Shown here piece after piece: positions 58,801-64,000 of a DNA stretch of 64,000 nucleotides. Positions within the stretch are counted from its first letter, which is position 1, and every line of letters starts with the position of its first letter. The position numbers and the translations under genes are program-made. Source of the DNA: Monocercomonoides exilis PA203 (taxonomy: Eukaryota > Protista > Preaxostyla); the NCBI GenBank assembly GCA_001643675.2, contig LSRY02000046.1, positions 186,001 through 250,000 of the forward strand, written 5' to 3'. Below the pieces are notes generated by a model. It ran no database searches. It saw only the letters and a list, made by a program, of their open reading frames with translations, and was not told where the DNA came from.

Positions 58801-61800
58801 TGAACGCTGCTTCACCTATGGGCTCACCACAAGCACCGTATCAGGCATCAAGAAAAGCCATCAAAAGGACGCTGTTTTCAGAGCTGCCAAACACACTGGC
58901 ATTCCATCTGAACAGAACTGCATTCAACAGCGAAATGACAGCACACTCGAAAATAAACGACAGATTCACATTTCCTCTGTACAATCTCGACATGGGACCA
59001 TTTATGAGAGAGGTGCTCGGAGAAACGGAGAAAAACATAAGCAAAGAACACCGTTTTCAGAGCGCACTGAATGAACTCAAAGAATCTGCTGCATTTCCTC
59101 ACATCCATCAGAATCGGCAGCCAAAAGCAGCATCGCCATCACAACCAGGTTCCAATGCAAGTTGTGATGAAAGTCCACTGGACATCCTGTTCAGTCGTCT
59201 CTCCTCTGAGCGCAACTTCACAGTGCTGAGGCGCACAAAGGACTATTATCTCTACGATCTTGTGGGTATCATCTGCCACGACGGCACAGCCAGTGCAGGG
59301 CATTACCTCTCCTTTGTGAGAGAGCGCCCTGCAAACGGAGTGCGCGACAGCCATCTGCCACAATACACAGCTGCGCAGCATCTGAGTGCCAAACCGCAGC
59401 CGCGCTGGTTCTGCTTCAACGACGACAAAGTTGTGCAGGTTGACCCAGAGACAATTCCTGACCAGTGCTTTGGCGGAGAAAGAGAGAACCATTCAATCTT
59501 CTCTCACTCGAACTTCCATGCAAAAATGGGACTGACTGACTTTGTTCCATCATCATCGTCTTCGTCTTCATCGTCTCAGCCATTCTATGCAAATGAAAGT
59601 GAATTACGTGACATTGCAAGAGAAGTGATGGCAAAGACAAGCTCAGCTGTGATGCTGTTTTATGAACGGAAGAAGCCAATCGACGACTGGAAAATCGAAG
59701 AAAGTGAGCGAGTGAAGAGGAACAAGGACTACAGAATGATCATCAACGAAGTCAACCCAGCAAAAAGACTTGAGCTTCTGCAAACGCTCCCGTTTCCACC
59801 CTCGTTTGTGTTTGCTCGCATGGACCAGGCAGAATACAGAGGCACCCCGCCAGTTGTTGCCTCACCGCCACATTCGCTGCTGAGAAGGCTGGGCTTAACG
59901 AAGGACTCAGTCAATGTGGATGCTGTAGCTGAAGCACACAGAGCACAACAATTGTACAGCGGAGAGTGGTTCACGTTTTGTAGGAGACTGTTTGAGGAGC
60001 TGGGGTGCAAAGGAGTGAGGGAGATAGACGAGGAAGGAGTTGATGCACAAAGGGGCAGAATGAGCGTGGATGAAGAGGAAGCTGCGGATAATATGGAAGA
60101 AAGAAACGAAGAGGCTCGACTGATGGAAGAACTTTCTGCTGAGCCGAGCGAAGAAGCAGCTGAACAAAGAGGTGCTATGGCAATATCATCGTCATCTTCT
60201 TCATCTACAGTTATGAGACGCAAGAGACATGGCTCGCCATATACTCAAAGGAAATCACCAGCAGCCATCAAACAGGAGGAGAAAGAGCTGATGTTGTACT
60301 TTGTTGATGTTTGGGTGCGGACGCTGCTGTACAATGCGTCACAATGCCGACTGACAACGATTACGATGGAGAATGTGACTGAATGGTGCTCAGATCTTGT
60401 TCCCACCTTCAGCTGGTCGCCGTTGCTCTCTCTGCGTCTTCTGAATGGGCTGACAGCGCAGATGCTGGAAGACGAGAGAGAAGATATTGTGGTGCACTCT
60501 TTGATTGAGAAGAATCCTGCATCGTTCCACACATTCCTGATGAAAGAGCGCATGAAAGGAGAGAAGTACAATTCTCACTCGCTCGCCACCTCTTTCTTCT
60601 TCAATTGCGACGACGCAGATCTTCTTGCTTCCTTCACTCGTCTCCTTCTGGCTGCACTGACTGGAATCACTCGCAATCTCGAGGCATCCATCCTGTCAAC
60701 TCCTCCTTCACAGCCTCCAACAGAGCATACAAAGCTGCTTATTTCGTCTCTCCACCATTTCTTCTCTCTCCTTCTTGGTGCAATGGCTGCCAAGCAGTGG
60801 CTGTATCGTGCGATGACTCCGTTCTTCCTGTTTATCCGCGACGCCTGCCGCCTTTCGACTTTGCTGGCGACAGTTCTGATGGCCTGTGCCTTTCCGCAGC
60901 GGTGTGTCGATCTTCTTCTCGCGCCGAGTGACCCCATCTCAGACAAATACGGCTGGACAGACAGAGTTCGTACTCTCCCGCGCAACGCAGAGAAGATACT
61001 GGAGATCAGCCAAGAGCACATCGGCCAGACAACAACAGCGATGGTGCTTGCGCTGTGCAGCTGTCTGCTAAATGCCTCGCAACCAACCACTCTCCGCTGC
61101 TTGGATGCTCTTTGGCTGAACAGTCTGTGCACACCCGCAAAGGACACAGGTGTGGCTGTGAGTCAGCTGGTCACGTCAGCCACGCCTGTGACAGACCCAA
61201 CGTTCAACTCGTACATCACCCCAAGTCTGATTGTGAAGCTTATCGAATCAACCGGAGCATACCGCCACATCTCAGTCATTCTGTGCTACGGAACACAGAT
61301 TGTGTCTGTCCCTCAGGCACCTCCTGTGGATCTGACTATTCTTGCGCCTCGTGTAGAGCCATTGGTCTTTTGCCTGACTTACCTGCTGAATGAGCTGAGA
61401 AGAGAGTGCTCTGTCACAAGCCTTTCTGCCCCAACATGGTTTCTGTCTCTATTCTTAGACATTATCACTGTCGAGCCTTCCATTTACACTCAGCGGCGTC
61501 CACCGTTCCTGGACTATGTGAGAACAGAGAAGATGAATGAGCTGATAGAGATTCTTGTGCACCCATCAACACCTATCTTTGTCCAGCTGACGATTCTGAA
61601 TGCTCTCAGCTGGTATGCTGCCACCAGCGAGTGTTTGTGCTGCTATCTGACAGAATGCCACGTTGTGTCTCAACTCATCCCTCTTCTTGTCTGCCACGGT
61701 CGGCGCGATCTGAGGGCGTCTGTGTCTCATCTCCTTCGGATTGCAGCCGTCCGCAACTTGAACAGAAGAAAAGAGAGATTTGGAGTGGAGTCTCTGCCCC

Positions 61801-64000
61801 TGCCGCGCTATCCACAGGCTCCTCTTTTCCACTCATCTGCTTCAAAGATGAATGCAGTGCCGCTGTTTACGTCTGTCTGGAAAGACGACTATGAAATTCC
61901 TCCGTTCGGACTTGGCGTGCCATTCCTAGCTGGAAACGGCCATCTTGTCAGCTATGTGCCTCTGCCACAGCAACGCGATGAAGACAAAGGAACAGCACTG
62001 ATCATTGGAGGCAACCAACCTGTTTATGAGTTCCCTCCGTTCTTTTACTCACCGCGGTGGATGAAGAACACAACAGAAGAGGTGAAGTTCTTTATCACCT
62101 CACATGGCTTGTCGGAGTATGTGTTCTCTTCATCAGATGTGTTAACACCAGATATGCTCTTCCAGTCCTCTTTCCTTCCGCTTCGCTACATCAGTCCTGA
62201 AGGTTCAATCGACCCCTCATCTTTGCTTGTGTCGCAGTTTACTCCTTCTCCGACAACGCCCACGCCTGCACTTCCTAATGCACCTTCATCGTCCTCGTCG
62301 TCTTCGTCTTCATCTTCTTCTGGAACGTCCACTCCAGAAGTCCGTGCAACCACACCTTGTTCCACATCTTCTGCATCTGCCTCATCAGCCTCGTCTATAC
62401 AATCTGCATCATCCAATCCTTTTGCCACTCCAATTTCACTGGCACACCGCAGAGAACCAAAAAGAAAGCCAGAAGTGGTCGATCCGGTGCGTGGATCGTC
62501 GCTTGTGAAGCAGCTGTGCGATCAAATGGCATCGAACTTCGAAGGGAAGATCAATGGACTTGTGGAGAATGCAGTGAAGGCGCTGGTGGAAGTGATACAA
62601 GTCAATGTTGACACACCCAATGCTCCTAAAGAATGGGTACAATGCAATCCGTCAGCTTTCCACTTGGATCATTTCTTTGGATTGCTCTATTGGCTTCTCT
62701 CCTGCCGCTATTCGTCTCGCTCTGCTGATCCATACATCGTGGTGGCCAAGTCTGAAACTATCAGCCCTGCATTCCTCACGTCGTTGCTTACACTCAGCAC
62801 GTATTTGTCGAATGAAGCATTCAAAAACTACATCGATCTCAATCGCCTTTCGTTGATGCGACTGTTTTCATTGATTGCGATGAGGAGAGAGTTTGCAGAG
62901 CAGTTATGGGTGTGCAGCCTTGCCACTCCGCAGACAAAGATCATTGGAGTAGAGCTTCCTGTGCCTAAAGCAATGAACATCGAGATGAAGACATACCTGG
63001 ACGAGATTGTGTATGCACAGGTCTCATTCCTTCTGATGCTGTGTGAATGGAGCAGCATGCTTTACAGCGAGCTGCTGGGGAGTGTGGTGCATGTGTCACT
63101 GGCACAGCACATCATATCGCACAGACGCTCATTTCCTCGTTCTTCTGCAGTGATGTTCACCTTCATTGCCCAAGCAATGGCAAGCATCGAAGACGAGAAA
63201 ATCCGCGCATCCACAGGAATAAACATCATCCTCAATGAAGTTGGTATGCCAGCGTTGGATCTGCGCCCATCAGTCAGCCTTCTTTCTCTTGTGTTCTTTC
63301 CCGTTCAGATCATCCAAAAGGGAGCGGCATACCTTTTCTCTCCAACATACACGCACCACAAGCTCAGTCGAGCAACAGTTCCCCAAATCGACCAGATGTA
63401 TGGGACATTCCAAAACGCACTTGAATCTGCTTCGAATGAACAAAGTTCGCCTCAAGTAGATCACCTTTCGCTTTCGACTCTTCCTTCTCCTGTCTCACGT
63501 TCAACAGCTCTCAATGTTTCATTCCCATTGTCTCCTTCTTCTTCTTCATCAAGCAATTCGATGTGTGCCAGTGGAGCATCGACAGTTCTGTCAACACCAT
63601 CAGCCCAGCGATTAACCCAACAACAGCTACAGCTTCAGACAGTTGCTGAAATGCCATATCAGACGCTTTCGTATTCACTGGCTCCATTTTCGAGAGACGG
63701 CACTCTTCGGCGAGCGACACAAAGTACAACAAAGGACATCACACGGCACTTGATATCGACACAGTCACCAGGCCAGCACCAGGAAATCATCATAGATATG
63801 CTGAAAAAGATTGTCTCATCTATCAATCCGCTCGAAGACCCGTTCTTCTCCGCGAACGTTATGTTCTCTGATGCATTTCTGGAGCATCCATCTTCTGTGA
63901 ATCACCCGCTCTTCCAGATACTCGACGTATGCGATGTGATCATAACAGACTGGTTCAGCGAGACCATCCGTGGCTCCAGAAGAGACATGCTGTATCAGTT
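46818..64000 (+). CDS. Giant ubiquitin-specific protease (peptidase C19), USP9X/USP24/USP34-like, 3'-partial; exons 46818-46860, 46914-46997, 47079-47220, 47271-47667, 47822-47983 (or 47992), 48279->64000
   Basis: The frame starting at 48279 has no terminated ORF in the track, consistent with being open to the window end. It encodes the Cys box GLIGMHNPKALCYMISVLTQLF (Cys at 58191), RDAHEFYTSLFEQLE, finger ICERGH...CPKC, LFSELPNTLAIHLNR...KINDRFTFP..LDMGPF, the His box YDLVGIICHDGTASAGHYLSFVR (~59250-59320) and WFCFNDDKV...QCFGG. A UBL-like segment lies at ~53300-53525. The five upstream exons join in phase. Confidence 0.9.
52041..52208 (+). repeat. (TCA)8(TCT)32(TCN)16 tract encoding ~56 consecutive Ser in the USP
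   Basis: Read directly; in frame with the USP exon. Confidence 0.95.

Noticed and set aside
48356-63732. Poly-Glu, poly-Lys, poly-Leu and poly-His ORFs in the track
   Set aside because: Alternative-frame or antisense readings of the (TCN)n tracts in the USP exon.

Overview
This is eukaryotic (protist) genomic DNA in the standard genetic code, with short GT-AG introns and AT-rich spacers. The poly-Ser-inflated proteins, GTTTG-type splice donors and giant Cys/Gly-rich receptor-pseudokinase gene suggest an anaerobic metamonad such as an oxymonad (inference only). Left to right: (1) a 5'-truncated, intronless cytoplasmic dynein-1 heavy chain; (2) an 8-exon kinesin-1-like gene whose tail has a split B-box and a candidate C-terminal membrane anchor; (3) a decaying block at about 23.6-38.5 kb containing a small pseudogene and a ~4,100-codon receptor-pseudokinase with two in-frame stops; (4) a GC-rich island with an intron-containing prokaryotic-type ferritin head-to-head (93 bp) with a multi-pass, possibly TRIC-like membrane protein; (5) an AT-rich spacer with a triplicated 21-mer and a MITE-like element; (6) a small Lys-rich single-TM gene; (7) a C2-domain/YP-repeat gene head-to-head (82 bp) with a giant (>5,500 aa, 3'-truncated) USP9X/24/34-like deubiquitinase. 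The ORF track misses the deubiquitinase because its last exon has no stop inside the window. I recognised no rRNA, tRNA or CRISPR features. All exon models were built by hand and are untested.
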